Of a stretch of DNA of 64,000 bases, positions 41,501 through 56,110 are shown in pieces. Numbering within the stretch: the first letter of the stretch is position 1; every line of letters starts with the position of its first letter. A program made the position numbers and the translations under genes. Under the pieces are notes generated by a model, which ran no database searches, had not been told where the DNA came from, and worked only from the letters and a program-made list of their open reading frames with translations. Source of the stretch: Bugula neritina (lineage: Eukaryota > Animalia > Bryozoa); contig OZ037767.1 of assembly GCA_964035545.1 (NCBI GenBank), positions 28,846,628 through 28,910,627 on the forward strand, given 5' to 3'.

Positions 41501-42139
41501 GCCAGTCGGTAAGATTTCACAGATTCTTATTGTCTACTATACATCTGCTCTGGTATTTTTGCTTTAATGTAACTTATCATGCATATTTTAATGTGTATTT
41601 TATTTAAATTAGTATGTCTATAAGCAATGTTAGACATATGCATGATTCTATGATAACCCTTTCATTTAAAATAGTAAAGAGCACAACTAACATGATCATA
41701 TTAGCTGGTATGTATTGATGGCTTCTAATGTAATATTTGAGGTGTTCCTAGATGTTGAAAACGCTTCTACTTTTAGACAAACCCACCTTCTACTTCAAAG
41801 AGCTTGCCGCATAAGAAAGCCCAGTCTACAAAATTGAAGTTATCCAACTTGGTTCGTTTGAAAAAACCTGAGAAGTCTAATAATACAGACGAATCGCATC
41901 TCACACCTACTACTAACAGCTGTTCTGCAATAACATCAACGAAACAGGGTACCGACGACTCCAATGCATGTACATCTAAGACAGATGACACTACCTCTAC
42001 TAATTCCACAGCTAATGACTTTAATATTGCTAATTCAAATCCATCAAGTTCTGGTATTCAACAAGTCAAGCCAATTGGAGCTCTAGGTATGCTCGGTGAC
42101 TACAGTTACAGCAGTGAAAGTGGCTCGGATAATGAATAA
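38509..42139 (+). CDS. YJU2: Splicing factor YJU2/CCDC94/CWC16, complete copy 1, 7 exons
   Basis: Exons 38509-38532, 39403-39512, 39732-39876, 40222-40356, 40618-40799, 41373-41508, 41777-42139. [74 protein letters not shown]. Confidence 0.95.
40791..40965. repeat. 34-bp tandem repeat x5 that duplicates the YJU2 exon-5 end and splice donor
   Basis: tctaattag|gtatatacattcctgacctatatag units at 40791, 40825, 40859, 40893, 40927. Confidence 0.92.
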
Positions 42140-42708
42140 ACTCAGCTATATTCATATATTATTACTCTTATAATTTTTTGTTATCACAGGCAAAAATTAG
42201 CATATTTTGGGAAATAATATGAGATATATATATATATAGAATTCAATATAATGTTTCCAAGCTGGTAATTTTTATGAAATGATGTAAATTTGTATAAAAG
42301 TGAATTATAATAACAAAATAAAATTTCAACTCATTGGCAATCATAACATTTTGTTACTCAGAAAATACTAACCTACGCATATTCTTTTAAACACTAAACA
42401 GAAGAATCAGATTATAACTTATAAGTTTAATTATCCTAACGTTATATTCAATATTACACTGCACACCATTCAACAGTTTATTATACTATTCAATATGTAA
42501 CCACGTCATTATAGTTGGTAATATCGCGATATCCCCAATTATGCTTAAATTCTATAATCGTAATGTGGTGGGCTTTTGTTCATTCAGCAACAAAAGAACT
42601 CTATTGATCATTGAAGTTATCTACTCCCGTGCATGACGACGCTCTTACACAGTAGGTAAAGGGGAGCATCTACAATTTCTTCTTTAGTGAGAAAGACTTC
42701 TGTTTCGG

Positions 42709-44956
<2,248 letters not shown>

Positions 44957-46278
44957 TGTTTCGGTGACTAATAGCTCTTTGATTTTTTAGATGGATGACT
45001 CGCTGTCCATAAATGCTACTGCCGATACTGCCTGCTCACACAATAATGAGCATCTTCCAGCTAGTAGAAGAAGACAACTCCGTCAGAGATAGTCTTGGCA
45101 AATGTCCTCTATGTTAACATGTACAGTAAGTCTTGAGTATTTTTTATAGTCAATTGTATGCATCAGCTAAAACACCTGATATGTTTATGATACATGTTAG
45201 TGTTACTGTAGGTTGATGGAGATTGCTGGTGTTGCCATTGCAGACTAATCCATGTCAAGAGTCAAGTATATCACATTGATATTGGTATTTATTTTGTTGC
45301 TGCTATTTTTTTGGCTCAGCATTTAATATCAACTGTGCTTCTATTCATTTGATTAAATTTGAGATCCCTAAATGGCAAAGTTTCTCTTGTAGTCTCACAC
45401 TAAAGTAATTAAAATTAATAATTGAAAGAAACTTTTATCATTAGACTAATTGTTTACAAACTGCCTATAGTGACATATGTTATGTAAACTAAGTCATCAT
45501 AATATAATCACTTTACAAATGTGCTATATTAAATTTATGCTGTAGTCTCTTTGGATATTAAACTCCATTTCAAATTCCATAAAATTCAATTTCTATGTAA
45601 CAAATATTTCTAACTATAAAATAATGTAAAACATTGACAACCTATCCAACAATTTAAAGCTATACATTATAATTAAAATGATACCCAATACTTCAAAGCT
45701 ACTATAATTAGGATAAAAAATTACCTATATAAAGCAATGAAAGAAACTTCAAGCAATTTTTATAAAACTTATTTGTGCTGTTATGGCTTCAGGATAAAAT
45801 TCTCTGTTCTGATTAGGTAAATCAAATTTAATTTTATTATTTCAAACGGCCAGGCCAAATTTTATAACTTTTTAATCCACTAAGCTTATATTTATGTTAT
45901 ACTAGAAAGATGCTGATAGCTTTGTAAAGCAATACCTATTTGCCTATAAGTGAGGGTTTAACTTATCAATATTTCAAGGGTATTGTCTAAACTACCATGG
46001 GGATCTACAAGCAGGTGTACTTTTAGTAAATGGGTTCATTATACCTAGCTCCACCATTTTTCAAAAGAAATGCATTCATTGGATGAAGAGCAAAATGAAG
46101 TAGCCAGTAACATGATCCCGAACAAGATTTACAATTTGATTGGTTGGATGGTGACTAGGGCCTCATTTCTTGCTATAATATAAACCCCATCTCAGGTCAG
46201 TTTCATCAGTAAAGGCAACATATACAACTATACAGAAGAGAGAAAAGTCACTGAATACTATAACTACTATAAACAAAA

Positions 46279-47086
46279 ATGGCTCAAGCTGAAAATAATA
46301 TAACAGAGCTAAGTAGAGAAGCCAAGAAGAAAATTCTCTGCAGATATCATACTAAAGGCATCTGCCGGTACCAGGATAACCCTGAAAATGTGAGTATATA
46401 CAGGTTTTAATATTAAAATATTTTGTTTCAAGCTATTATTAAAAAGAAATTAGCTTTTTGTAGCTGCTTCTGAATTAAATATATGAGACTCGAAATTTAA
46501 TGGTTGAACTGGTTTTAAACTTTAACTCTTTACATGGACTGATTGATGTAACTTGATGTATGAAAAATACCACTACCTCAATACAGTATTAAGGAGAGAA
46601 TATAATACTGATTATAATAAATCCTACAGTGTGAATACAAGCACCTCCAGGAGTTCACTAAGCACTTCCAAAGGAAGGAACCATATTGCCCTTATGCTGT
46701 TAAAGGAGTCTGCTTCTATCAAGATAATCCCCTGATGGTGAGACAACTTCAGTGCCCTTTATAACTTACAGTTTTGTTTCTATTTAATCTTCCTACAAAA
46801 TATTATTAGTAAATGGAATAAGTAACACATCACTTGATTTATAGTACTGTAAATAACCAGAGCCCTTGAAATTCTGAAGTTATTATATTATTAGTTTTGA
46901 GACATCATCAAATGTAAAGTAAAAAAATATATGTTTGTGTGTGAGCATTGTAGAAAGTGTTATGTGTAGTGTAGCCCTAACAGAGTTTATTACTTATAAA
47001 TGTATAAACTATTTTACTTTCAGTGTTCTTACTTGCATCCCAAAAGAACTCCTTCCCATTGGAAGGAAAATAAACTGCGAAGATGA
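46279..47086 (+). CDS. Small tandem CCCH zinc-finger protein, 93 aa, 3 coding exons (absent from the ORF track)
   Basis: Exons 46279-46389, 46630-46737, 47024-47086, all phase 0 with gtgag donors and cag acceptors: MAQAENNITELSREAKKKILCRYHTKGICRYQDNPEN/CEYKHLQEFTKHFQRKEPYCPYAVKGVCFYQDNPLM/CSYLHPKRTPSHWKENKLRR*. Good start context aaaaATGg with an in-frame upstream stop; 3'UTR intron 47142-47339; AATAAA 47393-47398. Confidence 0.85.
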
Positions 47087-50000
47087 AACACGTGATAGAA
47101 TCTAACTCAAGCCCTGTGGACATTCAGAGTTTCATATTGAGGTGAGACTTCAACTATTACTTCACTGACAGTAGTTACAGTTTAGTCTTATAAATAACTT
47201 CATACTAGAATAAAGTGCTATAATCTTGGCATTAATTTTAATTTTGGAAAGCGCTAAATCTTTTCACTAATTTTTATTTATACTTGAAACATTCAGATGA
47301 TAATTTACTTGTACTAACTCACTGTTTTTCTTGTTTTAGTGCATACAGTGGTGGCTGCAGAGATCCCAAACATGCCCGTGGGGGTCGCAAGAAATAAATT
47401 ATTCCAATTTTTAGAAATCCAATTACACTGTATTTTATATGTATTAAATTATCTAAAAATTATCTTTAATATCTTTAAATTTATTGTAACGCAGAAAATA
47501 TGCAACCAAAATTAATAAATTTAATTAGCAAAACTTGCTGATCTGACATTAAATTAGAAATGCAGCACTTCATACAAAATAATATTATATCAAGTTGAAA
47601 GTGAACTGCATGTATCAGATTATCTTTATTCTCAAGCATTTTATTTTATAAACCTCTTTTCTCATAAATTTTTTAAGATATTTTATAGGAAGTTGCAATT
47701 CTACATTTCACAATCTATGAATTTTCTGATGCTGAATTATACAAATTGGGAAAATTGTTTACATTCTATAAATTTATAGGTACAACATAAAATGATGTCA
47801 ACTTATGGAAACAAATTCAACTATTTTGCCTGCAGTCTGCAAACAACAATAACAAATATAAAAGATATTAGGAAACCATCTGCTCTTTCTTCTCTTAACT
47901 AAAGTAAGATGTTCTCCAACTAACTTTACCATCCCACAAAACTATCACAATGTTTGCTGCAATCATAATTTATCATCTATCAAAATTTTAAGGCAAGAAT
48001 AATTTTATGTAGATTCAAAATTTGATGAAATATAATGAAATTGTTTTTAGTTTGTCGCTATGTATTGATTTAATTATTCACATGCTGCAGCAACCATGCA
48101 GCTCTGCATCCAATTTCAAAGAAGGAACTTTATTCTTATTCTCAAATTACAGAATTCATTTTAATGACCATAGTACTTACAGATTGCAACACAGTTATCT
48201 GGGTTGAGCTGTGATTAGCTGGTTGGCCGGCAGTGTTTACTCATAGTTAACTCTTATTGGCCAGTCTATAGATGTCCCAGTGTATATACCAAGGTGACAG
48301 CCCAGAGTATAGTTAGAGTTGTGCTTGTTTTTTGTTACAAGTTTATAGTTATGTACTTTTCTAGTCAATAATAAAAGCAGCAGGTTTTCTTTTGCATAAT
48401 AACCAGCAGATTAAACAATAGGGTTAGCTTTTCAGAATTACCCACAGTAAATTTATAAGCAGGTAAAATTCATTAAACTATCCACCAAGCAGCTGTTTCA
48501 ATTCACAAAAGTTTTTGGGTCTTCATTGAGAAAGGGTCAATTTTCTTTAGAAAAGATAACTCCTATATAAACTAGATAGCTATAATTTCTAAGCTTTGTA
48601 TAAAATAGCTAGCTTTATCTGCAGTGTAGCTAGCTATAAAAAAGAAAACAGCTATACTCTCCTTGTGTGGTCTAGCCAGCTACAAGCAAGGAAATAGCTA
48701 TAGTTACTCTGTACAGTATAGGTATAGCTAGCTACTTGAGCTAAGCTATTTTCTGTCGTATGCGGTATATAAGTCAGTCCAGTGTGAGACTTAGCAGTGT
48801 GACTTCAAGAAGATATGGATTAACATTCTCTTCTCTCTACCTCAGTCTATCTTTAACTAATTGGTGAGTAGTACTTTATTTATTTTTAACAAAAACATAA
48901 AAAATTGTATTAGTTTTTTAATAATTGGTTGATTTACTTAATTTTCAGCTATAAGCAACATATATGCGTTTTGATACACATTTGTTTCTAAATCTAGTAA
49001 TCGGAATTTGTATACTCCCTCAAATTGCTTTTGTAAGAGAGTTGAACTTCATATGTTAACATTCTAAAACTAAAATAATATGTAACTCCAAGGTGATTAT
49101 ACTTTTTTAATGCCATTTTTGTTTGGAGACTCACTACAATAATATGGTAGGTGAGCAATAGTGAAGCTGTTTATATAATAGTATACTTACTATATTATTA
49201 CTACACTGCACTCTCTCAAAACACTATTTTCTCTCCATTCGGGTAATTGGCTGCCTTATATATAATAATTAACTTCTTTTAGAAGAGTTGTGGTTCCATT
49301 CCATTAATCCAAAGCTATTCCTGAAACAAATGAACTACTTTGAGGAGTGGGATTTGTCTGCTCATATAGAGATTGATAACTCCTGAAGATTTAAAGATAA
49401 GTAGAACACTTATATAATTTATAAAATATTTGTAGGACTAAATTCATTAATAGTACTAAATTATGTTGTGTCCTTAAGCACATTACTAGTCTGGAGAGGC
49501 TATGGGTTGAGTTTTATCTTTATTTGTAACATTCACCTAGCCTTGTAACACTTCTATTCTGCAGTTGCTGTTCACATTGTTAAATAACAAAAGTGTTACA
49601 ATATACCAAAACAATGTTTTATAGGTTCTATCAAATTAAAATTTGTTGAACTGGGTTTAAAATGTTTAATCAGTATTATGTATAATTTGTAACTATCAAA
49701 TAACTTTGCAAGCATTTTGGTACCAGCCAGACATAAAATCAAAAGTATGTCTGCCATGTTTTTCTATTTGTTGAATGAAAGTTTAGTTTCCATCAAATGT
49801 TCACCTTTGCCATGTTTTGATCTGGTGACAGGAAAAACCACATTATGAAAGCTTTTTTACTATCCTCTCTCTTTTTTACTGACATACTTATTGTTAGTGA
49901 TCTAAAATGTAAGATTAGCCCAACTTACCAGGTTCACAATAGAATCACAACTCCCCAGCTGTTCACACTATGTCCATTCAGTTCACAGCTAATGCAAAGC

Positions 50001-51359
50001 TATATCTTTACTAAAAGCTCTGATGTCATAACTACAATCTCAACATTGCCACAATCCTCCAAAAATGATTTGGTCTTCTGCAAGTTCTGGTAAATAGCAC
50101 ATTTTTAGCTCCCATGTGACTTCGTCAACTTCAATTTAAAGTAAATGTTGAATTTCCCAACTATAAGTTAGCTAAATAACTTTCAGAAGACTTACAAGTG
50201 ATTATAGCTGGCATATATTGTACAGTTGTTGAGGTTTAGTGTGGATAAGAGGAGCAGCAATGCCCCTAATTGCATGTGTGAATTGGATATGGTGGTTTTT
50301 CTTGCCTATAACTATAGAAATGACCATTGTCTCACCTTGTACTCTTTTTGTTGCTTCTCCAATGTGAAAACTTTTGTCTATGGTTTTACTCGCAACAGCA
50401 GCTCATTCATAGAGTTGTCCTCCCCCTATTTTGCACTAAATGTTAAAGCAAGAGGGTTAAGCATTCAGCTATACCCCCCCCCCCTTCTTCATTATAGTTT
50501 CAGTTCCGTGGTGGTAAGTTAATTAAATCCTACTCAGCATTATTAATGTTGTGTGTATAGATCTGCATATCTGGAAGAACTAACCAGATGGTGTAAACTG
50601 TAAACATATCAACAGAGTCCTTTGAGTGTTATCTGCTGAATGCTATACTTAAATAGTTGTACCTGACCTCTAGCAGAATATAAAGTTAAAAAGTTTAAAG
50701 CATGCAACCTAAGGTTGTAAAAATCTGTGCAAATATTTGTTCTTTGAGTATACAAAACAAAATTCTTGTTTTCATTAGATCTTCATATTTTTACCTAAAC
50801 TTACATTCACAGGTTATTTAGCAGCTTGTGCTTTTTCTTGTTAGAGGTGAATTATTGTTGCTCCTGTCTGACAAGTAATATTTATGCAAGCTGTGGCATG
50901 GGAGATCAGTTCCATTTCAGAATTTTTTGAAACTTAATCCCCTCCCACGACTTTCAATATTAGTGTGACTTAGTAAATTTGCAACCTGTATAGTTTTTTA
51001 AGCTGTTGTCTATTTTTTTAATAGTTTCAATAGCAGAAAGCAGTTAACAGGAACGTAGCAGACTATTCTATTGCTGAAAGTAAATAAAATAGCTATACAT
51101 TATTTTTGTCAGTGCCATTTGGTATAAATTTGAAAATACTTTTTGTTAATTGTTTTGTTCTTATATTTTTTAGCCAGCAAAATTTTTTTCAATTAAATCA
51201 AATCTTAATGAGGCATCAAAACCCTATTGGTATAACCTGATGTGTTCACTAATCTGTATCCTGACTGATCAGAAGTGCTGCCGAGTTCAAGATCCTTCTT
51301 TCCTGATACTTTTTTTGAGAAACTCTGCTTTATTGTTGGCATCTTTCAATGCTGCTTTA

Positions 51360-51640
51360 TTAGATTTGAATTAGCATTATTAGAGTCATTAGCTGTGGAA
51401 TTAGTAGAGGTAGTGTCATCTGTCTTAGATGTACATGCATTGGAGTCGTCGGTACCCTGTTTCGTTGATGTTATTGCAGAACAGCTGTTAGTAGTAAGTG
51501 TGAGATGCGATTCGTCTGTATTATTAGACTTCTCTGGTTTTTTCAAACGAACCAAGTTGGATAACTTCAACTTTGTAGACTGGGCTTTCTTTGGAGTAGA
51601 AGGTGGGTTTGTCTAAAAGTAGAAGCGCTTTCAACATAAC
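51360..51640 (-). pseudogene. Inverted fragment of YJU2 last exon plus acceptor
   Basis: Reverse complement of ~41750-42040 and ~53735-54030, with a small internal deletion; truncated. Confidence 0.9.
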
Positions 51641-51689
51641 ATCAGGTTTTTTTTCAAACGAACCAACCGATGTCAAGTTTGACATTTAT

Positions 51690-51895
51690 TATATCATATT
51701 ATTTCTTTTCAGCTGTTCCCAGCTTAATTTAGCATGCTGTAACAAATGTCTATGTAACCCTGCATTTCTTAGACCATTAACAGCTAGAGCAACTGTAAAT
51801 CCCATTCTAATATCATTATTATTGCCAAAGTTTATTGCTCTACTTAGCTTTTCAACTCTTAGCAAATAATTGATTTCATTTTCTTGTGGTAGCTT
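51690..51895 (-). mobile_element. Ty3/Gypsy gag-like remnant
   Basis: Open stretch PQENEINYLLRVEKLSRAINFG...AVNGLRNAGLHRHLLQHAKLSWEQL fits the retrotransposon gag pattern Q-x-x-E-x4-Y-x2-R-L...F-G...G-L...LL; no LTR or pol seen. Confidence 0.45.
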
Positions 51896-52726
51896 TCACT
51901 ACATCTCTCTGGTTCATGTATGATATTTCTCGGTTGCTGACTCTCTGCCTCTCAGAGCTATGGTCGTAGCTTAGATTACCATAATTATAGTGGTTAGTCA
52001 GCGAAGCTTCAAGGTGTAAGAGCCCATCACTAGGCTTATCAGAGTTTATATCAGTTGGCTGCTTGTAGCTATATTGGCTATGCTTAATATGTTAGTGGGA
52101 CAACTCCTTGTAACTGATAGGCTATTATCGTAGGCTTAGTTCTCAATGCACCACTATAAGAAATATCTTCCACTTAATTTGCATTTCTATTACTGATGGC
52201 ATTGTTGGTGTAGGGCCTCGGCATGCATGGTGTACATGTTTGTGGTTGTTTAGTGCTTCACCTCTGTATAAACTAAAATATTATTTTGCTAATAGAATTT
52301 TTGAATTTTCAGCTTCAATTTAAGGATACCAGTGAAGGAAATGTAGCATTTATCTGCTTAATAATCTGCATACAATATGGTTGCTGATTTTCAGTTTCCA
52401 AGAAGTTTCTTAGCAACTTAACTATGCACCACTGAAACCAACAGCAAGAATAATAAAACAAAGTTAATTTCATGTTTTTGTTCCTTTTTTGAGATTTGCA
52501 GCCAACCTACTGAAATTTATAGTTAATTGTCTTATGAAGTTGTTTTTTCATGCACTTTGTTGTTTACCTAGATAATTATTTTCTTGTTTCTCGCTCTTTT
52601 TTCATATTCAGAAAGTTTGTATGTGCTCTGCAAAATTATTATATATAGTTAACATATATTGGAAGATATGTCTTAACCAGCAGCAATTCACAACATGAGT
52701 AAATTTCTACTGGCATCTGTTTGGTT

Positions 52727-52860
52727 CTGATTTACTTCTTAATGGCCAGTCGGTAAGATTTCACAGATTCTTGTTGTCTACTATACATCTGCTCTGGTAT
52801 TTTTGCTTTAATGTAACTTACCATGCATATTTTAGTGTGTATTTTATTTAAATTAGTATG
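52727..52860 (+). pseudogene. Short duplicate of YJU2 exon-6 end and adjacent intron
   Basis: Near-identical to ~53469-53605, sharing the cttaat insertion absent from copy 1. Confidence 0.88.
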
Positions 52861-52918
52861 CCCCCTGGACCCCCGGCCTGAGAGTATGGCCTAGAATATT
52901 TCTGCCACTACATCCCTG

Positions 52919-54686
52919 CATTCCTGACCTATATAGTATAATGTCAAAACTCAAAAACCTACTCTAATTAACTTTTAATTTGGAGAAATATTTTGTCTGA
53001 AAAGGATTTATTACAAATTATCTTCTATTTTTAATAATCATGTTGAGAAGTTTCATTTTTCCAATGTTTTCTTCGTCTAGCAAATAATGTAGTATTTAAG
53101 GTTAACAGATCGTATTTACTCGATTTAATTTCCTATTCAAGTCAAGTACTCTGGTAATTCGGGAAAAAGTTTTCCTCTAAAAATATCCATTCATAAGGGT
53201 TTTCTCTCTGTCTAAAGTTTGGAAAACCTGGTTGCTGTTGTAAAATATATAATGACGATTTATTAATTTGTGAATTGAGCCTATTGATAATTTGATGAGT
53301 ATAAAAGAAGTAACTCCCGATTAGTGTATAGCATACAGTATGTTATGTTACAGGGACTTGTTTGGTTCTGCTGAAGAGGCAAATGGGGAGACAATAAGAC
53401 GTATAGACTCAGATGGTGAAGATGATCCTCTTCCTGTGAAAAGAGCGAAAGTAGAGACAGAATCACCCTCTGATTTACTTCTTAATGGCCAGTCGGTAAG
53501 ATTTCACAGATTCTTATTGTCTATACTATTCATCTGCTCTGGTATTTTTGCTTTAATGTAACGTACCATGCTTATTTTAGTGTGTATTTTATTTAAATTA
53601 GTATGTCTATAAGCATTGTTAGACATATGCATGATTCTATGATAACCCCTTCATTTATAATAGTAAAGAGCACAACTAACAGGATCATATTGGCTGGCAT
53701 TAATGGCTTCTAATGTAATATTTGAGGTGTTGCTAGATGTTATGTTGAAAACGTTTCTCCTTTTAGACAAACCCGGCTTTTACTTCAAAGAGCTTACCGC
53801 ATAAGAAAGCCCAGTCTACAAAATTGAAGTTATCCAACTTGGTTCGTTTGAAAAAACCTGAGAAGTCTAATAATACAGACGAATCACATCCCACACCTAC
53901 TACTAACAGCTGTTCTGCAATAACATCAACGAAACAGGGTACCGACGACTCCAATGCATGTACATCTAAGACAGATGACACTACCTCTACTAATTCCACA
54001 GCTAATGACTCTAATAATGCTGATTCAAATCCATCAGGTTCTGGTATTCCACAAATCAAGCCAATTGGAGCTTTAGGTATGCTCGGTGACTACAGTTATA
54101 GCAGTGAAAGTGGCTCGGATAATGAATAAAGTCAGCTATATTCATATATTATTACTTTTATAATTTTTTGCTATCACAGACAAAAATTAGCATATTTTGG
54201 GAAATAGTATGATGTTTATGGCATTCAATATGATGTTTCCAAGCTGTTAATTTTTTATGAACTGATGTAAATTTGTATAAAAGTAAATTATACTAGCAAA
54301 ATAAAATTTCAACTCATTTGTGCATCATGACATTTTGTTAGTCAGAAAATACTAACCTACACATATTCTTTTAAACACAAAACAGAACTATCAGATTGTA
54401 AATTTAATTATGCTAATATTATATCCAGTATTACTTTGCACACCATTCAACAGTCTATTATACTATTCAATATGTAACCACATCACTATAGTTAGTAATA
54501 TCGCGATAACCCCAATTGTGCTATGAAGGTGAAATCCAACACTTTATTCCATGATCATAAATAATGTGGTGGGCTTTTGTTCGTCCAGTAACAAACGAGC
54601 TTTATTGATCATTGAAGTTATCCACTCCCATGCATGACGACGCTCTTACACAGTAGGTAAAGGGGGAGCATCTACAATTTCTTCTT
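52919..54686 (+). pseudogene. 3'-half duplicate of YJU2 (intron 5 remainder, exons 53354-53495 and 53767-54129, 3'UTR)
   Basis: Colinear with ~40943-42686; reading frames and splice sites intact but exons 1-5 are absent directly upstream. Confidence 0.88.
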
Positions 54687-54855
54687 TTGGTTTCTAGGTT
54701 TACGTGTTTTTTGTTTTATATTTTTATGAAATGTTGTTTGATTTAAACTTTCAGTGTTTTATAAAAAACAATTTATTATTAAACTGTTGTTGAAATTGAA
54801 AACATATGTTTCATAAAAATTAACTCACTATAAAGTTAAGTTCAAGGCCATCTAT

Positions 54856-54994
54856 AGCGTTCTGTATGTGAGTCAGCGTTCTGTGTGTGAGTCAGTGTTG
54901 GGTATGTGAGTCAGCGTTGGGTATGTGAGTCAGCGTTGGGTATGTGAGTCAGCGTTGGGTATGTGAGTCAGCGTTGGGTATGTGAGTCAGCGTT
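54856..54994. repeat. 19-bp minisatellite (agcgttgggtatgtgagtc) x7
   Basis: Direct inspection. Confidence 0.92.
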
Positions 54995-55237
54995 CATTAT
55001 AAAGACTGTTGCTCAACTAAGCTTCAACTTTCCAAGTTGCACTTCTGTGAAAATTATGAAATCCCGTCATACTTGGCTTTTTCTAACTGCTGTTATAATT
55101 GATTGTTGGGTTTTGCTGGAAAGGTTTGGTGAAGCCATTAAGTTCTTACTGCTATTTTGTGGGGCAAGTTATTGCTTTGTGAAGCTCTCCCTGGTGTGAG
55201 TAAGGAGGAGTACGTGTGCACACCTGCAGTGCCTAGT
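54995..55237 (+). pseudogene. Inverted copy of an LSG1 intron plus part of its penultimate exon
   Basis: Reverse complement of ~28500-28742 (e.g. gtaaggaggagtacgtgtgcacacctgcagtgcctagt), moderately diverged, acceptor AG mutated. Confidence 0.88.
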
Positions 55238-56110
55238 CATGCCTTATAACGCCTTGCATATGATTGCAAATATGTAAACGGCCTATCAAAGCTTTGGTGC
55301 CCTGAACACCTAATATGAATGTATACATTTTGCAAAGTCTTGCTAACAGTTGAAGTACGGCTAACTAAATCAATATATTTTCAGTAGGTCTTCCTTGATG
55401 CTACAATACGATCTGGAGAAAATAAGTAAATAATAATGGAACAATCAGCTGTCACTCTTTACTTTGAAAGTGACAATTGCAACCACAGTGGTGTAACAGC
55501 TACATTGAAACCAAACCAATTTGTAAAAAGCAACTTGATTACATTGGAATCTTGTGATGAAGCTGGTGGTTTACTGTTCTGTCAACTCAGCAGTCAACTT
55601 CAAAGGACTTGCACATGCTAGCAAGCAAGTCCTATGAATTTGTAACAGTGAGTAGCGCAGGGAAATATTCCAAGGATTCTCTTCTTGAACACAAACAAAG
55701 CTGCCCAAACAAACAATCAACAAATTCCAATTTTCTCCACAAGTGCAAAGCTACTGACAAAACGCACAGCAAAAGATAAACAATATAGCTGATTATACAG
55801 CTGTGCCTTTATCACAGCTATTAGAACCAGAATGTTCGTAATACCTACTGCATTTATTCTTGGAGCTAATTAAATCTTTGTTCCTGCAACAGCAATAAAA
55901 TGCTCTTGTATTTAAATCTCACTATTGTGCATCTTTGTATACAAGTATTTGTTAAATACTTCTCACCCCACTTTTATCTGTTATAGAAAGCAAATTCAGT
56001 ACTTCCAAGTTTTTAGTTAACTTGACTCCTGATTCATCAAATCTTTTCAAAGTGATAGCTAAGACTTTTAGAAGCTTTGTAAACTGAGACAGTTGTACAG
56101 TTGTATCTAG

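Noticed and set aside
47500-51300. Scattered splice-like signals and Cys-rich, PHD-like fragments (e.g. ~48180-48290 plus, ~49930-50130 minus)
   Set aside because: Multiple stops and frameshifts; no coherent model by eye. A translated HMM search would be needed.
54856-54994. Regular repeats resembling a CRISPR array
   Set aside because: No unique spacers, eukaryotic context; a simple minisatellite.
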